A program made the position numbers and the translations under genes. The notes beneath the pieces are model-generated. The model did not search any database, was not told where the DNA came from, and saw nothing but the letters and a program-made list of their open reading frames with translations. From Podarcis gaigeae (taxonomy: Eukaryota), in NCBI GenBank assembly GCA_964106915.2, contig OZ066916.1: DNA of 64,000 bases, one strand, 5' to 3'. Positions within the stretch are counted from its first letter, which is position 1. Each line of letters starts with the position of its first letter. Below, one piece after another: positions 36,708 through 52,600 of this stretch.

Positions 36708-38932
36708 GTACTCATCTTCAGAATGGACCTTTCATCTCATTCCAGGATAAATGATGCACAGTTCTATTCCACTGTAAAATTCTGGAACATTGTAATTAAT
36801 GCCATTTGCTGTGGCTGCCAGTATTACGTAGTATCATCACACTATGCATTCATTTGGCAAAATTGCAGTCAATTGACATTTAAAATTCAGTGCTGTTCAC
36901 TTTTGTGGTTCTGCTTCCAATGTGTTCAGTCCTCCAGTTGCATTTTTTCTTGGCATCCCCTGCCTTCCGAAGAATCCTTGGTAGATTGCTCTCTGTAAGA
37001 ATAGGAAGCAACAGCAGACGTAGTAAGCAATTGTTTGGCTGAGGGCCATGATGTCTGTCAGCTGCACTTTGATCAAATATGATGTGATTGAACTGCCTTT
37101 CATTTCTTTAGATAGAACACATCTCAAAACTTTACATATATACTGAACAGCAGCTGATACTATAATGGACAGACAAGAGATAAGTTCCAAAGAAAACAGT
37201 GAAATTTAATTTACTGAATAACACAATTTTCATTTTCCTTAGTTTGATTAATGTAGACAGTGAGATAGTCCTTAATTACATTTTTCTCTAATAGTGTTTG
37301 GGCTTTATAATTGGAAATAATAATTTACAGTGAATGTAAAAAAACTAAATATTTTAAATACACACTATAATATTTTGTCTGCGTTCACGGTGGTATACCC
37401 TTATTTTAAAACATTTCCACCATCTAATAATTTAAAATTTTATACCTTGCTTTTCTTTTTAGATTAAATTCAAAGCAGCTTACAAAAAATAATATAATAC
37501 ATAAACCATAATACAATAAACACAACATATGCTTCAAATTACAATGGCAGTCCATTTTGCAGTATTTGACAGAAATAGCTTTAGGTGATAGACACAAAAC
37601 ATTATTTTGGACTAAAGGTAACTCTGATATATTACAAAGGTCTGCAACAAGCAGTGAGCAAAACCAAAGAGCTAGCAGACTAAAAGTGAAACCATAATGT
37701 AGGATAGCCCTATTAATGGGCAAACCCATCTCTGATCCATGCATGTCATAACCTGCATGATGCAAAACAAGGCAAGGAGGCACTAGTTGGCTCCAACCAC
37801 ACCAGAAGGTCTAAAGAGGCTTAAATAGCTAATCACTGCTGCCTACCTGATTGGCCAATATGCCCCATGTGGCAGGGAATTAATGCTCTTATGTTCCATA
37901 GTCATGTATCTCCAGCCTGACTTCAACCAGAACAGAATAAATCAATCCCCCTCTTGCGTACGTAGGGATGGCATTTTAAAGCTTCATAGCATGCAACATC
38001 AGGATAATATTTTGCCTTTAGTATGTGTGAAAAAGTGACCTATAGAAATTATTTGAAATCTTAACTTCCTGCTCCAGCAGAATGAACCCTCTGCTTCTGT
38101 TGCTAACATTGCTGTGGTTATCAGTGGCAAAAAAAGTTTAAAAGAAAATAAATCAGAAAGGGGAAACCACTCGGGAGTTACTAGGAGTTATTCTGCAAGC
38201 AGAAAAATGCATAAAAAATTAAAAAGAGAAGACGTGGTGAGGCTGTTATCCTTAATGGAGGCCCTAAGCTCTTCTTATCAAGATCTTAAACTTGAAGTAC
38301 TATTGTTTGGCCATCTCATTTAATTACTAATTTTACAGTCCCTAAGTTTAGTTTCTGTCTTATTCTCTCCCACCCCTTCATAGATCTGAAGAGTTCTGTG
38401 AATCACAGTCTCTGCCTGGCTTCTTTCCCCAGAGTCCAGGATACTTATTTCTTTTCTTTAGCTTTCCTGCTCCAGGGTGGTGAAATTTCCAGATGCTGGC
38501 CTCTGCAAGCTGTGGAGCTTCCAAAGTATAGGGCTGTTGCTTCCCTCTCCCTATTTGCCTTATCCTTTGTCTACTGATTAGGGTGGCACTGATGCACCCA
38601 TTCCTGTCTTGTCACTATGCCAACCAATTTCCAGACCGACTGTGTTTATACTTGACTGAAGACTGGAGCTTCATGTCAACAGTTTAGGATGGGCATTGCA
38701 TTCATGGTGTCCAAGCCTTCAGTGTAGTATTTCATAATATATATACAAAAGGAGTCAACAACTGGCTGCCCTTGGGTTATACTTTCCCTGTGAGGTGCTG
38801 CTTGTCCACCAGTTGCTTCCACAAAAGTAGAGGAGGGAAGATATGAAGGGAGTGGCAGCTGTGGCAACTAGCCTTCCAAGAATCCCACTTGGCTAGTACG
38901 AAGTGTGTATCATCCCCTTCCTCCTCTCAAAA

Positions 38933-39042
38933 TGACTTTTCAGCAGAACTGGTTATTGAACAGGGTTATTCTCTGTAGAATAATTTTATTCTCTGTTATT
39001 CTCTGACTTTTCAGCAGAACTGGTTATTGAACAGGGTTATTC
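38933..39042. repeat. 39-bp direct duplication with filler
   Basis: tgacttttcagcagaactggttattgaacagggttattc at 38933-38971 and 39004-39042. Confidence 0.95.
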
Positions 39043-42000
39043 AATGTAGCCATTGCATCTGGAGTGGAAATAAAATGTTTCAAGAAGCTAAGTTTTGAAA
39101 AAGAAAAACAATCCAGTCCAGCAATGGTAACCTTGTGACAAACTGCCACTTTTATTTACCCTTCCCAAATGGTGTGGAGTTCAATGAGCTGTAGAGTATG
39201 GTTACCATGTGTATGTTCATCATTCACTGCCTATCGCATAAAGTGATGACTTGCATGGGTGAATGAGCTATCAAAGATCAATCACCACAGACAGGATTTC
39301 CATTATCAGCCAGTGTTTCCACCTCAAATAATTACGTCTTGAGTTGATATTTGACACATTCGACAGGGTGCTATCAAGGGTTCAGCAGTAATCAACTTCT
39401 TAGGCACAATATTTGACTTCTACATTATGAAAGCATTGCTTTGGTATTTGCTTATATAAGATTAATTTTATGGCAGCATTCTGAGCAGGAAATTTGCAAC
39501 AAAGGATGAGCATGTGAGCATATGGTACATAGCAGAAGATCAAAAGCTTGTTTTGTGGAAGTAAGCATGAGGGTTTTTGATATTAATGTTGGTAAATAAA
39601 ATACTGAGCTCCTTCTAGCAAAATAAAAATAGACAGTTTATTTCTCATGACATGTCACTGAATGCTGAACCTCTTAATAGATTTTGCCAGCAAAGAATTC
39701 ATTTAAATGCTTTCAGAGCAGGCTGCTCAGAGGTACAGCTGTGACAATGTATAATTATTATATTTTTAAAGTTTAAAGAGAGAACAAGGGGAAATAAATT
39801 GTAACTCCTAAGGTAATTAACACTTTTATACATACACAGTAAAATAGAAATTTCCTAATATTTTTAAAATTATCTGGTGTCTGTTGTGTTATAAGATCAA
39901 TTGTCTCTTTGCAAAAGGAACTAGAATTTAAGAGAAGCTGCCTGACTCATGTAAATAAAGGCACAAAGAAGACAAAAGTTCACATGTATGGTTAGTGAAT
40001 GGCAACAGATAGACATATCCACCCACACCTGTGCCCAGTGGAAACCAATATGAAAAGCCTCTTAATCTGAAGGGACATGATAAAATGTGGCCCTGAACTG
40101 AAATATGAAGGCTATGGGCACACAATAACATAATTAAGGAGTCATGGTGCAGGATCCCCCCCCCAAAAAAAACCCCCGGCATCCACACCTTCCATGAACA
40201 GTAACAAGATACTTACCTTTGGTCTGATGCAGCAGATCTCTGCTGATATTACAATACTGAGCAAGAACATGGAGAAAAATACATTTTACATTGTTGTTCA
40301 TAATTTAATTGTAATCTGTTTGGCATGCTTTGTATGTAGAAAAGCAACTAAAGAATTTTTAGATAAAGAAAAAAATACTTCAGGTAGGTTTCTGACAAAA
40401 TCCACTAATCAAACTGTCACTTTATCTTAGGAACAGTGTGTAACACATTTTAGACTGATATTTAGATCAATTGTGACATTCCATCCATGTTTTATTTATA
40501 GAATGTGTGTAAGAATTTAACCTCTCAGAGGTATTTTAAAAATTGCATACTTCTACATGACTTAGCTGAATTCTGGTATAATCTGATTCCTATAATCTGA
40601 TTCCTGATATTTGGGTTTTAGCTACTGTTAGTCCTACTCAGAGTAAACCCACTGAAATTAATATGATTATTTTAGGTCCATTGAGGTCTGAGTAAAATTT
40701 AGTTGGATCCAACATTGTGTATCTAAAGATGTAAACTTAGGACACAAATTGCTTCAGACAGGAAAAAAAACATCACAGCACAGGGCCAGCAAAATCAAAC
40801 ATATGATAGAATTTGGGACTCCAGAACTCCAGCTGACCCTGGAGAAACTTCAGTAAGGCTTGTGGGTGTGAGAGGGGCTGGAACAGAGACACACTTCTTT
40901 AGCTTAGGATTCTTGCCTATAGAATGAAAGGCTAAAAAAAGAACTTTCAATAATTTCCCTAGTAGGGGTTTAGATAAGGCATTTTTCTATTCATTTTAGC
41001 CCTTTCATTTTTATATTCTTTATTTGTGCGTGTGTTTAATATTTACAATATTTTAAATGTTGTTAAGCTCCTGGATTGTAGACAATTTAAGCAGAAAACA
41101 GAGGGAATGTAGATAAAAATTAGTTGGTAGCACTTTTTAAATCTCTCTTTCTCTTTCTTTTTGGTCTGCCACCAATAAACGCCTTTTCCTTTTTATATTG
41201 TTCTTCCTTTCTTGGAATATATATATTTTTACAATTGATGGTTGCTGATTAGACATTACATTCACTCAGCACCCTTGTAAGCAGCTCTTATTTATGTAAT
41301 TCTTTGAGGTCCAGTCAGTGTTCTTCTGTGTGAAACAAAATTTGACCCAGTAAAGCATCTACAATAATGCATAGGTGAAAACAAATAAAGGGTGTAAATG
41401 TCCTTTACACAAAGATATGCTGAAGCAAATCTGTAGAGAGGACAAATTTCCATTTAACAACAGTTTATTATTAGCTCTATTGCTGTGTATCATAGGGTAC
41501 CTCAGTATATATATGGTAGTCCTTCAGTTTATTTGGGGACCTTATTCTTCTTAGACTACCTTGTTTGGCTTATAAAGCCTTGCAATCTGTTGAGCATAGT
41601 GGCCTTGTCGCTTTCTGAGAGTCTCACTGAGATGTGGCCTTCTGAACTTTCCAGGAGACTAGTTATTTGATACTAGTCTTCTTCAATGATTACTTTTCCA
41701 GGTTAGATGAAAGACAAAAACAATACTTTCAAACAGGAATAAAGCTCCAGGAATCCTGGTAACTGTAGCAGAGACCTGTCCTATGTTGCAGTTGCTGTTA
41801 CAATTGACAAAATAAAACCAGGAAGGCTGGAGGAAGAAGGTGAAAAAACCTGCACAAAGAGATGAAAGGACAGTTGGAGGGCTTTCCTGTTATTTGCCAA
41901 GGTCCCTGTTGAAAGAGAGAAAACTAACTGTGGTTCAAGGCCTAAGTTCTACTGAAGGGTTGAGCAAGAAGCATAGCTTCAAGGCTTGGGTAGAACTGTA

Positions 42001-45000
42001 GCTTCTGGGACACAGGCATATGAACGCTAAACCACACTGCTTTGCTTTTGGAAAGTGCTCCTTGCTATCTAGGACAAGCACAAAGTTGGTGACATTTTCT
42101 ATTTCTTTTTATATTTTCTCATTTATTTCTTCTTCTTTTTTTTTAGAAGCTACCCAGATCCTTATTTAATATCCTTATGCCCAACTGCACAAAAAACTTA
42201 TTTCACACTGCAATTTTTTCTTTTTGACAGTGCACAAAAAGGCACTGCAGGTTAGAATAAACCCTGATACGGGCAGAATGGAAAGATGGCTGGAAGGGCT
42301 GATTTAGCAAAAAGCAATTCTTCAATAGCACCTCAAAGATTACCAAAAGTTTACATTTGACAATTCCGTACAAATAATTACTTGTTTTCTCTGCCAATGT
42401 GAATTTTGCTGCTAGGTGGTCTGGAGAAGTTAGCAAATGTTTCACTTGCAGTGGCATGCTAGAAAGCAAATTCCATTTTCAGTCTTCAGAAGCATGTTTG
42501 GTAATCAGACATAGAAATCTGACAACTTGCAGTTGCTTCTAGTGAGACAAAGAATGACTATAAATCGTTAACAGTCACATACATGACCTTTCGGTGTTCC
42601 ATGTTATTAAACACAAACCTTTATTTTATAATTTTTTGATTTTCACTTTATGAAAGCAAAAGGATTCAGAATTATTATTCAGTTATTCTTATTCCATAAA
42701 ACAAGAAAATGGACTTCATCACTTACCTTGCTGAAGAAGCATTCTGATAATTGTTTGTCCTATTTCCATCCCTATACCCACATCTCAAAAGGACTCAAAT
42801 TGATTAGATTTTTATTTTTTAAAAAACCATCAATTTGCACTGCACAGTATAGTAATTTTTGATGCAGCATTATGACATACTGGCATGTCCATTGCCATTC
42901 ATAAACACTGGATATTCATGGTCTTTAAAATTAGTCTGAAATTAAATATAAATTTAATTGTACATTAGTTTTATGTTATGCAAGCAGTTAAACATGATTA
43001 CTACTAAAAATATATCTCACAGCTGTTCACAGACTACTTAAACAGAAGCACAATGGCATTTCAATTGGGCCAATTTTGTTTAAATCAATAGGAGTGTTTT
43101 CAGAGACAAGTTCAAAAATTTCATGTGGTATTATCCTGTTCACAATTCACATATGCTGTTCCCCTGTCAAACTCTCTGGAAACTATACAGTACTAGGATC
43201 TGTCTGCCCCATGTGAAAGCTCTACACCTATGTACAGCTACTACATGAGGGATAATAGTCTTCTCATTGACACTATAGCTTGCACAGATAAGAAGAATGG
43301 TGTGGTGGAATGTCCTTCGCTGAATCTTTTGAAACAATGCAGTCCTATGCAAGTCATCCCCAGGCATCTGTGAACATATGACTGTCCCCGTCATGAAATG
43401 AAAGTCTACCTATTTAGATGTGCTCTGGACTGCAGTTTCTAGCTATCTATAATAATAAAAAACCTTTTCAAAATAGGTTCCGCTCAAGATAGCAAAAGCA
43501 GATAACATCAGCTGTGCTGAGAGTTTTTTTTTCACTACACTGGAATAAAACATCAAAAACAGGTGGGAGAGAGCAGCCACATAGATAGAATGCATTAAAT
43601 TACACCTAGGTTTAATTTTACAGGGTGATTGGTTTCTTTCTCTGCTGATTACCACTTGGGTGTTCCATTGATGTGCTATTTGTTTATTCATTGTTGAGCT
43701 GAGATTTTCTTAAGCTTGATGTAGGATAAAAAGTACTAGTCTCATTTGGGAACAAAAATGGGATAAGCTACCCAAAGATCACAAAGTCTAGAGAACTGCT
43801 CAAAATGTGCTGTTTATTTTATTTCATAAACTTATATACCACTGGAGGTGGGGAACAACCTCAAAGCAGCTTACAAAAAGTTGTATGATATCACTTTGGG
43901 GGTGCTGGAAATATGTATATTGCAGTAGAAGCCAAAATTAAATTGACCATTTGAACTTTTCTGTGTAGTTTCAAGATTCATATTTTTAAATATCTACTTT
44001 GCATGCATTCCACAAATAAGAAGAATGAAAAAGGTTGTTTCCTTATATGACATTCTTCCTGATTTCCGTGCAAAATTTGGATATTCTGACTTCTTTAGGA
44101 GATTGGCTGTAGGCAGCTGGGATAATAATGACCGCTCCCCACTTACGCCTGTCCACGCAATCACATTTCCCCATCCGTTGCATGAGACCCAGAAATGGAT
44201 GTGGGAAGAATCCAGCTTTCTGTCTCTTTTTATCTAGTGTAACATGGACATATGAAGTGGCTTGGATTTCAGAAATTATTTGCTTTTTGATGTTGCATGG
44301 TTCTACAGCCATTCTGTGTCAAAACTTCTCAGGATCTGAGTGAGCATCTATTCCAACCATGTTTACTGTAGCTGCTAGGAAATAACTGTAACAATGTCTT
44401 TGATTTGATGCTAGAAATAAAACTTACCCTGATACTTGAAATTATAAGAGCTTACCAATACAGGAAAATGTTATCTTCAAAGAAAAATGTTCCCTGAATT
44501 TTATGACACTTCATAAGTGACATTGCCGTACCCTGTTATAAATTGCTGAAATATTATGAATTCCAGAGTGATTAATTTGTCTTTATTATGTATAGGGGCA
44601 CACACACACATACACACACACCCACACCCTGAGACTAAGATTTTGTGATGCTATTTCAAGTGCTGAACACTCATTTAATAATAAGTATCTAGAAATACAG
44701 CTAATTTAATAAAGTTCCTCATGTTATCATTAATTCCTTTGGCAGACCATTTCTTAAAAGCCAAAAGTTATGGCAGCAATTACAAAACTACACAGCTCTT
44801 TAGAGCTTGGTCATAAGAGACTAAGTTCCATCCCTTAAAAATATGCAATTAATTTCAGTTTTAATAAATTCAGTATTTTGTTCCTTTTGCAACAGAAGTG
44901 ACTGTTGCAGAGAGGAATTATGTTTCGGTGAAAACTGAAGTATGCTGATAGCTGCAGGATTGGGTTTTGTTCTGTTTGTTTGCTGAATTTTATTCAAATG

Positions 45001-46529
45001 CAATAAAGGAGTTTTCTGCTAACAGGACCACACAGCTGGAAACAACAATTTCATGAATCCATAACATGCATTATTTCTGTCTTATTGTCATTGCATGGAC
45101 CCAATCCGGTAGCAGTTATTACATAATTAGGCCTAGATGCTGGGTACAGAGAGAGAGGTGGGGTGACATGAGACTTTATCCTTTCATATGCATACATACA
45201 TCTAATAGAATGAATGCAAACAATTTCTCTTAGTGGACTGCATTTTTGTATGTTATTTTCACCAATGTATTCATTTCTATGCACAGTGTTACCTAATATA
45301 TGCACTTTCATAAACATTGGTTGGGGAACTGCATTTCAAAATTTGGATACATGCAAATTTTGAAGGATGGTTGTGTTTTAGAAAGTGTTAATTATTTTGG
45401 AGGGTGCAAATTCAATTGATCCACCTTTAAAAGTGAATTGAATCAGATTTCTTTCCCACTAGAGGTCACATTGTTTATCCAAGCCATCTGGTATTTCTTT
45501 ACAGAGCAATGTAAGATTCAGCCTGCCAGAATGGTTCTTGTGTTGCTCCAGTGGCCCATGAATTGGTTCTGTGACATGGAGCAATGCTACTCTGGAAGAT
45601 CTCATCTGTAATGAGGGCTCATATGGAATGTAATTCTATGTCTTAATAATACATCCCATTAGTAATCCCTTAAGCGACTATCATTTTATATTATAGACCT
45701 ATTTTCTTTCGCTTGTATTCTTGCCATGTCTTTAATGAGCTCCCATCCTTGGTTCTTCTTAATGAAGATTTGTAGGGAAAGCCACAATATTTCCCATCAA
45801 GCTTATTTTCTTTAAGCACACATTGTTAATACCCTAGACACACAGGCTTCTTTACTTGACCTACTCTGTCTTGACACTGCATCACCCCTCAGCCCATCTC
45901 TTGTGCTCTTTCACATCCATTTTATCCTTAGCCAGGGGCAGACAGTGCAGTGCTTACTTGAATTTTTATCTCCAAGGCACTTTTCAAATTTTAACACATT
46001 TTCTTCCCACACACAGTGGTGCAAAGGGAAGATGCATCAACCCTGGTTTGAAGTAGGAAGGAGAAAAACAGTGACAGAAACAGAGGGAGAGGAAAGCCAT
46101 CTAAATTTAGATTGTGTGTAAAAATAGACTGCAGAGGTCTGAAAAGATTTTTTTCCCTTTTAAAAGGAGGAATGGGCCATACACAACAGCATAAGATTCG
46201 GGAGAGGAGGAGAAGGAGTGGGAAGGGACCAGAAAAGCACAAACTGAAGAAAAGAACAGCCACTTAGCTGTCATATCTGTGGCCAATATGTGGTTATTGA
46301 CAGAGATGAAAAGCAACTAGGTATTGCTGCAAATGTTCTGGCTATTTTGAACTGGATTTGCAAACCAGACCTGTTCACCTTCACCTTTATCCAGAAGTCA
46401 GTCCCAGAATATACAGTGGGACTTAACATCCAAGTAAGTATGCAAAGGATTTCATTTTTCCAAAGCATACATAGGTTTTCACAGATGTGAATCCCTTTTA
46501 GTTAGATGCCTCCTTCTACTGGCTTTCAT

Positions 46530-46890
46530 TTCATTTTATTTTTATTGATCAGATTTGTGAGATGCCTCATAAAATACATTTTCTCATTGTCATGCAGAAT
46601 AAAAGAATAAAATATAAGAAAAAACCATATTATAATAAAACTGCAATAAGCTTAATAGACAATCAGCATAAAAACTCAAATACAAAATGAGCATAATAAA
46701 ATACCATATTTAGCACATAACATTAAATATGTAAATTAAAACCACCCACCATACCACAGGGATTTAAAACCAGAACTTATAATTCTTAAACAGGAGCCAG
46801 GCAGGCTTCCTTAGGCATTCCATAGCCAGGGATTCACCACTGAAAAGGCCCGCTCTAAAATGGCTACCCCCTGAGCTTCAGACTGAGGGA
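46530..46890 (-). mobile_element. Degraded L2-like LINE 3' fragment
   Basis: (ATTT)n tail, A-rich spacer, then ggcattccatagccaggga...ccaccactgaaaaggccc, which resembles reverse-oriented squamate L2 ORF2 ends. Confidence 0.4.
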
Positions 46891-49574
46891 CACAGGATAC
46901 TAATCTTACCACTATGTTTTGTTGTCATTTGGACAAATGATTTTTGCAATAGTTTCATATCAGCCATTGTCCCCTTTCCTTCACCTTTTTGTTTTCTTGT
47001 ACACTCTATATGTACACAGTTCATGACTCTTGATAAATCCAGAAAGATATTTCAAGGTCTCTGTCCTTCCTCCCTCCCTCCCTTCCTCAATGTTTTGCTT
47101 GTGGTTTGCTTGTTTTTAGACCACAGCAGGCACTTCTGCCTTTTTCAAATGCAAGCCCATCCAACGAACCAAGAGGGTGTGAGAATATGTACAGAGAATA
47201 CACAATGAGTTGCAAGGGGCAGCCTGATTCACAAATGCATGTACGCAGCATAATTTCTCCTTTCTTGATTATGCAGTGCTTGATAATTCTCAGTTGAGTA
47301 TGTGAACTGAATCCATTGACTAGCTGAATCCATGGACATTGTATCTAAAAGGAAAAGGCTTTGAAAGTTCAGAATCTGCTATTTGTTCTGTGAGTCTAGT
47401 AAATTCTAGAGTCTAGTAAACTGATCTAGTAAATTCATTCACACATACAAGCTAACACTTGCTGTTGCAATAATTCAATACTGAATATGCAACCATAAAT
47501 TTACTATGAAAAACCAGAGAAACAAAGAACTGCTGTGGAGAATGTATAGGCATACTGATTAAAGCTGCCCAGAATGGATGGGGCAACCCAGTCAGATGGG
47601 TGAAATATGAAGAATAAAAAGTAGTAGCAGTTGTTGTTGTTACTGTTACTACCTTTGGCATAAGCTGAACCAGGAAGATATGCTAACTGGTAGGACACTT
47701 AAACTCTTACGCACACACACAAACACACACACACACCACATTGTATGCAGCAGCACAATGCTGCACTTTTCAAGTAAGTGAATTAGAAATACAATAAAGC
47801 CTGAGGAAATGATGTTTGTCAATTCCTTTGTGTTATCAGCTGCTTTAGTGCAATTTACTTGCTTTCTCAAATGACTCAGTACGATAACAACATGTATTGC
47901 TCAAGTAAAAGCTACATGCAGATTAATGATAAGTAATAATTTGGTAGATGACCATCACATGTAATTTTAGTCTCTCAATAGCACAATCACTATATTACAT
48001 GAAATCAAAGTTGATGGGTTTTAGTACTGCTAAAATTAAATGTGCGTTCTGCCGTGTGTAGCCAAAATGGTACCACACCCACATGAGATACCATTATGCT
48101 CTGGGGGACCCAAAGGTTTGTGGAAGTACAAAAAAACTTTTTTGCATGGGGGGGCAAGGGGGACTCAGAGATGATGAAAAACATTCTGGCTAACTAACTG
48201 GAGCAGTGAACTGTAGCACTCCATACTGCAAAATTTTCTTGACAGTCCCACTTCCATTCTGTACATCACATTCTGAATACAGTGAGAGGGATTAATCATA
48301 GAAAGCATTATAATATGCTACAATTTGCATAGCACATTGGCCAAGGGGACCAAATTCATTGACACTAATGCTCTCAGAAGAAGGGCAATACTTATCTATG
48401 CTCTTTCATAAAATTGCAGAGAAGATTATGTACTATTTATGCAAAGAGGCAGCCTTAGAAAAAGACCATCATGTTTTGAACCCTTCTTCGTAAATTGCTA
48501 AGATCAAAACTACAGATAATATGCATGTGTGAAACATATTTGATCCAAAATCACAGATTTGCCAAGTGCAAATTCAGATAACTCACTATGGTCATCAGTG
48601 AGGAACTTCCTTACAGTGTGACTTGAACCAGAGGTTCACTCCATGTCTAATTGGCTGCCATCTTGTGGAACACACCACCCACTGAGATTAGAAAGACGCC
48701 AAGATTGTGAATGCCAACCTGCACTCCACAGTTATTTTTAGAGATTTTTCTCAGAATGATGAGCCTATTAACTGATAGCATTTGCTATTTTTTCAAGTAC
48801 TGTATTTTATTGGTTTTGTTTTATTGTTGCACCCAGCTGTGATATTATCTAAATGTTTAGCAGTTTATAATTATTTCTATTTCTATTTTTTTTTGGGGGG
48901 GGGGGGGAAGCTGCTCTACTTAGTTAAAATGAAATCAACAAGAACACCAAAATAGTATTAATAAATAGAGAGATGAAGAAAACTGAGTGGGTTTATAATG
49001 AAGGATGAGGCATTGGTGCCAGGAAAACTTGCATGTTCCCATAAAGGGTTAATTACCGGTAGTTGCAATTCAGATTGCATCTCTGTAAAAAGGGCAGTGA
49101 GCTATTTCTTTGATACTTTGATTTTAGTGGGACAGAAGCCACTGTGTAGCAAATGTACTCATCACAGTTTCAAAACAACAGGTTAGATTAGTTTGGAGCC
49201 CATAACTGTGAACACAGCAGACATTTGGGGGGGGGTAGAGAATTCAGATGGTGTAACTTCTATAGTTGGATGTACATGAGATGCACTTCAAACCCTTCTT
49301 AAAACTGAAATATGCATTGGTAGCTGCTTTCAAAGGAGTGCAATAAAAGGCTCTGCCTTAAGATTTGGAAAGCAATGCTGATATCAGAGAACTGCTTGAT
49401 CAGAGCATAGCTCAGTGCCCCATTTGCTCACCAGAGTGCTCACCAACCGGTACAAGCGGAAGATCAGAGTCAATAACTGGGGACACTGAGCCAGGGAGAG
49501 GGAGGACACGGCTTGCCTGCCTGCCAGGGTGAGAAAGTCAGAGGACGTTTAAGTTTGTAAAGGGCTAGGGAAGA

Positions 49575-49575
<1 letters not shown>

Positions 49576-49622
<47 letters not shown>
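49576..49622. repeat. (TG)n microsatellite
   Basis: Direct reading. Confidence 0.98.
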
Positions 49623-49623
<1 letters not shown>

Positions 49624-52600
49624 GAGTGTGAGAGAAGCAAATGGTTTATGTGGCTTTGAAATTGGAGCAGAGAAGGAGCATATCGGGACCAATGGCAGAT
49701 GTGAAATTGTATGTGTCTAGGAGAGAAGAATGTGAGGGTGGAAGGGACTGGCTTTCTTGCTAGGCATATCCTAGAGGGAGTTTACTGTTGGTAATGCTGA
49801 ATATCCATGGAGGCAGGGTGATGAATCTTCCTGGTGTAGAAGGCATAACCAGGTAGTCGAGTATAGTATTTCCAGATTCTGAGGACTCGGAATGATGTAT
49901 AGTGGCCCAGGCCTGTTACTGAAAGAGTGTGTTCGTAACCACTGGAAACTGCACACACATGTGTGGCGGCGGCAATAGTAGTGGTGATTGCATCACTTCT
50001 TTCCTGTTTTGCACTACTTTTGTATATAAAGTCTTAAGAATTCCCTTTGCATGCTCCTAGATCCTCAGGTGTCTTATATTTTTTCCAGTACACAAGGATG
50101 TGCATTCATTTAACCTTTTTTTTAATGAGCAAAGTGAACAGTTATTGCTCTCCTTTAAGTAAAGATACTTACCTTTCCATATTACATTGAACTGGTCTAC
50201 ATGAGGCTGCAATTGTGCCACTTAAGAACTATTTATACTCAGTTGCAGAGGATGTGACCAGTTAATGTACACCCTTATTTCAATGGAAAGATAAAAGGGT
50301 CTCATTGTTGTACATGCATTGAAGATTATTTAAAACTCTTTTTTATTCAGATGTAGAGTATATTCTAAAACAAATAAGCAAATATAATGATAAAAAACCA
50401 TAGCTTAGTGCTGTGTGCAGAGCTATGTGCTGTGGGTTCTGTGTGAATGAAATACAGAATATTTTCAAGATTTAAAAAGTGGGGCTGATCATATCAGAAC
50501 ATGATACAGCACTAGGGGTCTAGGCATGTGCTGTGTGGAATATGACCTTGGAACTTGATACTGCATGGCTGGGATTGAAAGGCTGTACCTCATCATCCAT
50601 GAGTGCATTGAGAATTTTCAGACTCCATCTTCAGCACCAGAACCCAACAGCCTTATGTTGAGAAGCCTCTGGAGCAGCATTCAATGAGGCTCAGGGGGCT
50701 GCAGCATAAAGGGAAATAATGGCAGCTCCTCTTCCTTTGGAAAAGGAAACTGTGTGGTTATATTCAAAAGCATATTCGCCTTGTTTTTAACATAATGCAC
50801 TATCAAAATGTTTTGCATTTTATAATGACTTTTGCCAGAAAACATAATATTATGGAAATAAAAATGTAGTTGTAAATGGGAATAGAAAAAAATGTAGACA
50901 TCAAACATAAAAATGTGTCCCTGTGTTTTTTACAATAGTTATTAAAATTAGTGAAAAGAACCCCCTGTTCCAAGGGAGTGGGGAAACAGCCCATTATTCT
51001 CATAAAGGCTTGTCTGTAGACAAAGGAACTGGCACTGATAAAATCCTTTGAGGGATAGAATCTTTTTGAAGATCAAATTAAAGGAAACTCTTGATGGGAC
51101 AATGAGTGCAGGTTCAAGTGTATACACAAGAGATGAAGGAAAGCATTTGATCTTTTAAGAACCAATATAGAAAGTTGTAGAAGGAAATACTTTTTTAATT
51201 GAATACAGGCTTTTACAAAGAAGGGGGATTGAGATCTCTTCAGCCATGAAAGTGGAATGAATATGATACTGAAGAGATAAGCAAATTGGATATTCAAAGT
51301 ATACCAACATTTCAAATTATGTCACAAGTGTATCTGCAGCATTTTCTTTCCATTTACAGTGAAGTTGACATTGTCCTTTAACAATCTACCAGTAATCCTT
51401 TAAGCACCATGGTTTACATTTTTAAAACCACATGTAATTCTAGAACAGAACAGAATTTAAATGTTGCATGAATTGAAATTGAGTCAATTTTTCGAAACAT
51501 GAGACTGTGGTTTTTAGAAGTTTTATTTCTGAGATTGGTATACAAAGTTCTAAACCTCTGAATACATGTCAGTTATTAGAAAATACATTTTTTAAAAGTG
51601 TGTTTTCCTGAAGTTTGACCTACTTGGAAATAAAATATTTAGTAGCTGCCATTTTGTGTGTGTGTTGTAATTTTACTTTCATGTGTTTTAGAGTCTTCTA
51701 AGCTTCCTTGTAAAGGCAGCATCTGGGCTAAAAATTGTATTAAAAAAATAAAATAAAGAACTTTAAAAACTCACAATAAGAAAAAATAAAACACAGAAAT
51801 ATCAAAGATACACAATGCCCAAACTGCAGCAACCTCAACACAACATTAAAATAAATGAATCCAGAGTCAAAAATTTCATAGTCCATATGTTTCAAAATAG
51901 AGTTCACATATAAACTGCAGATCTACTTAAATATTTGTTTTCTATCAAAATTTACTTCCGCGCTTATACTTTCTGTGTCACATGCCTAAGCCCAATCAGT
52001 CATGCCACAGTTTTGCCCTGGCACTTCCAAGCAACCAAAGGCAAAAGTAAGACCTGCACACCTAAATTAGATTTGTGGGGAAATGGTTCATGTACATTTT
52101 ATGCAATCACTGTTATTTCACATTGATTTTACCACAAGCAGCCATTTGTTTCTAGAGCTGCTTGTGAAACAATGCAACCCGACCAGTGCACAGATTGAGA
52201 TTACCCTATTCCTCAGATCACTCATAAATGGAAAGCTTTTTGATCAAGTGGTCTATAAATATTCTAAATAAACAAATAAAATAGCATGTGAACCACTTTC
52301 AGGATAGTCTCTTTGCAGATTGTTTTGGCCCTGATTGCTTCAATGGCTTGATTTCATCTGCTGTATGTTGAGCAGATTGCAACCTAGCTTGCTATTCTGA
52401 TTATTTAACAAGCATTGTTCCAGTTAATATCAAGAATACAGTGGCATTTTATTGAAAGTTGTACCTGTTCTTGGCTGGCTTTAAGAATGATTGAGACTCT
52501 TTAATCGAGTTGTGTGAAATATGCCTGCGGCCTCAACATTTATATCCCTGACAATAGCCATTTGTTTCTGCTTCACTGACTCCCAAAAATGGCAGTTTGA

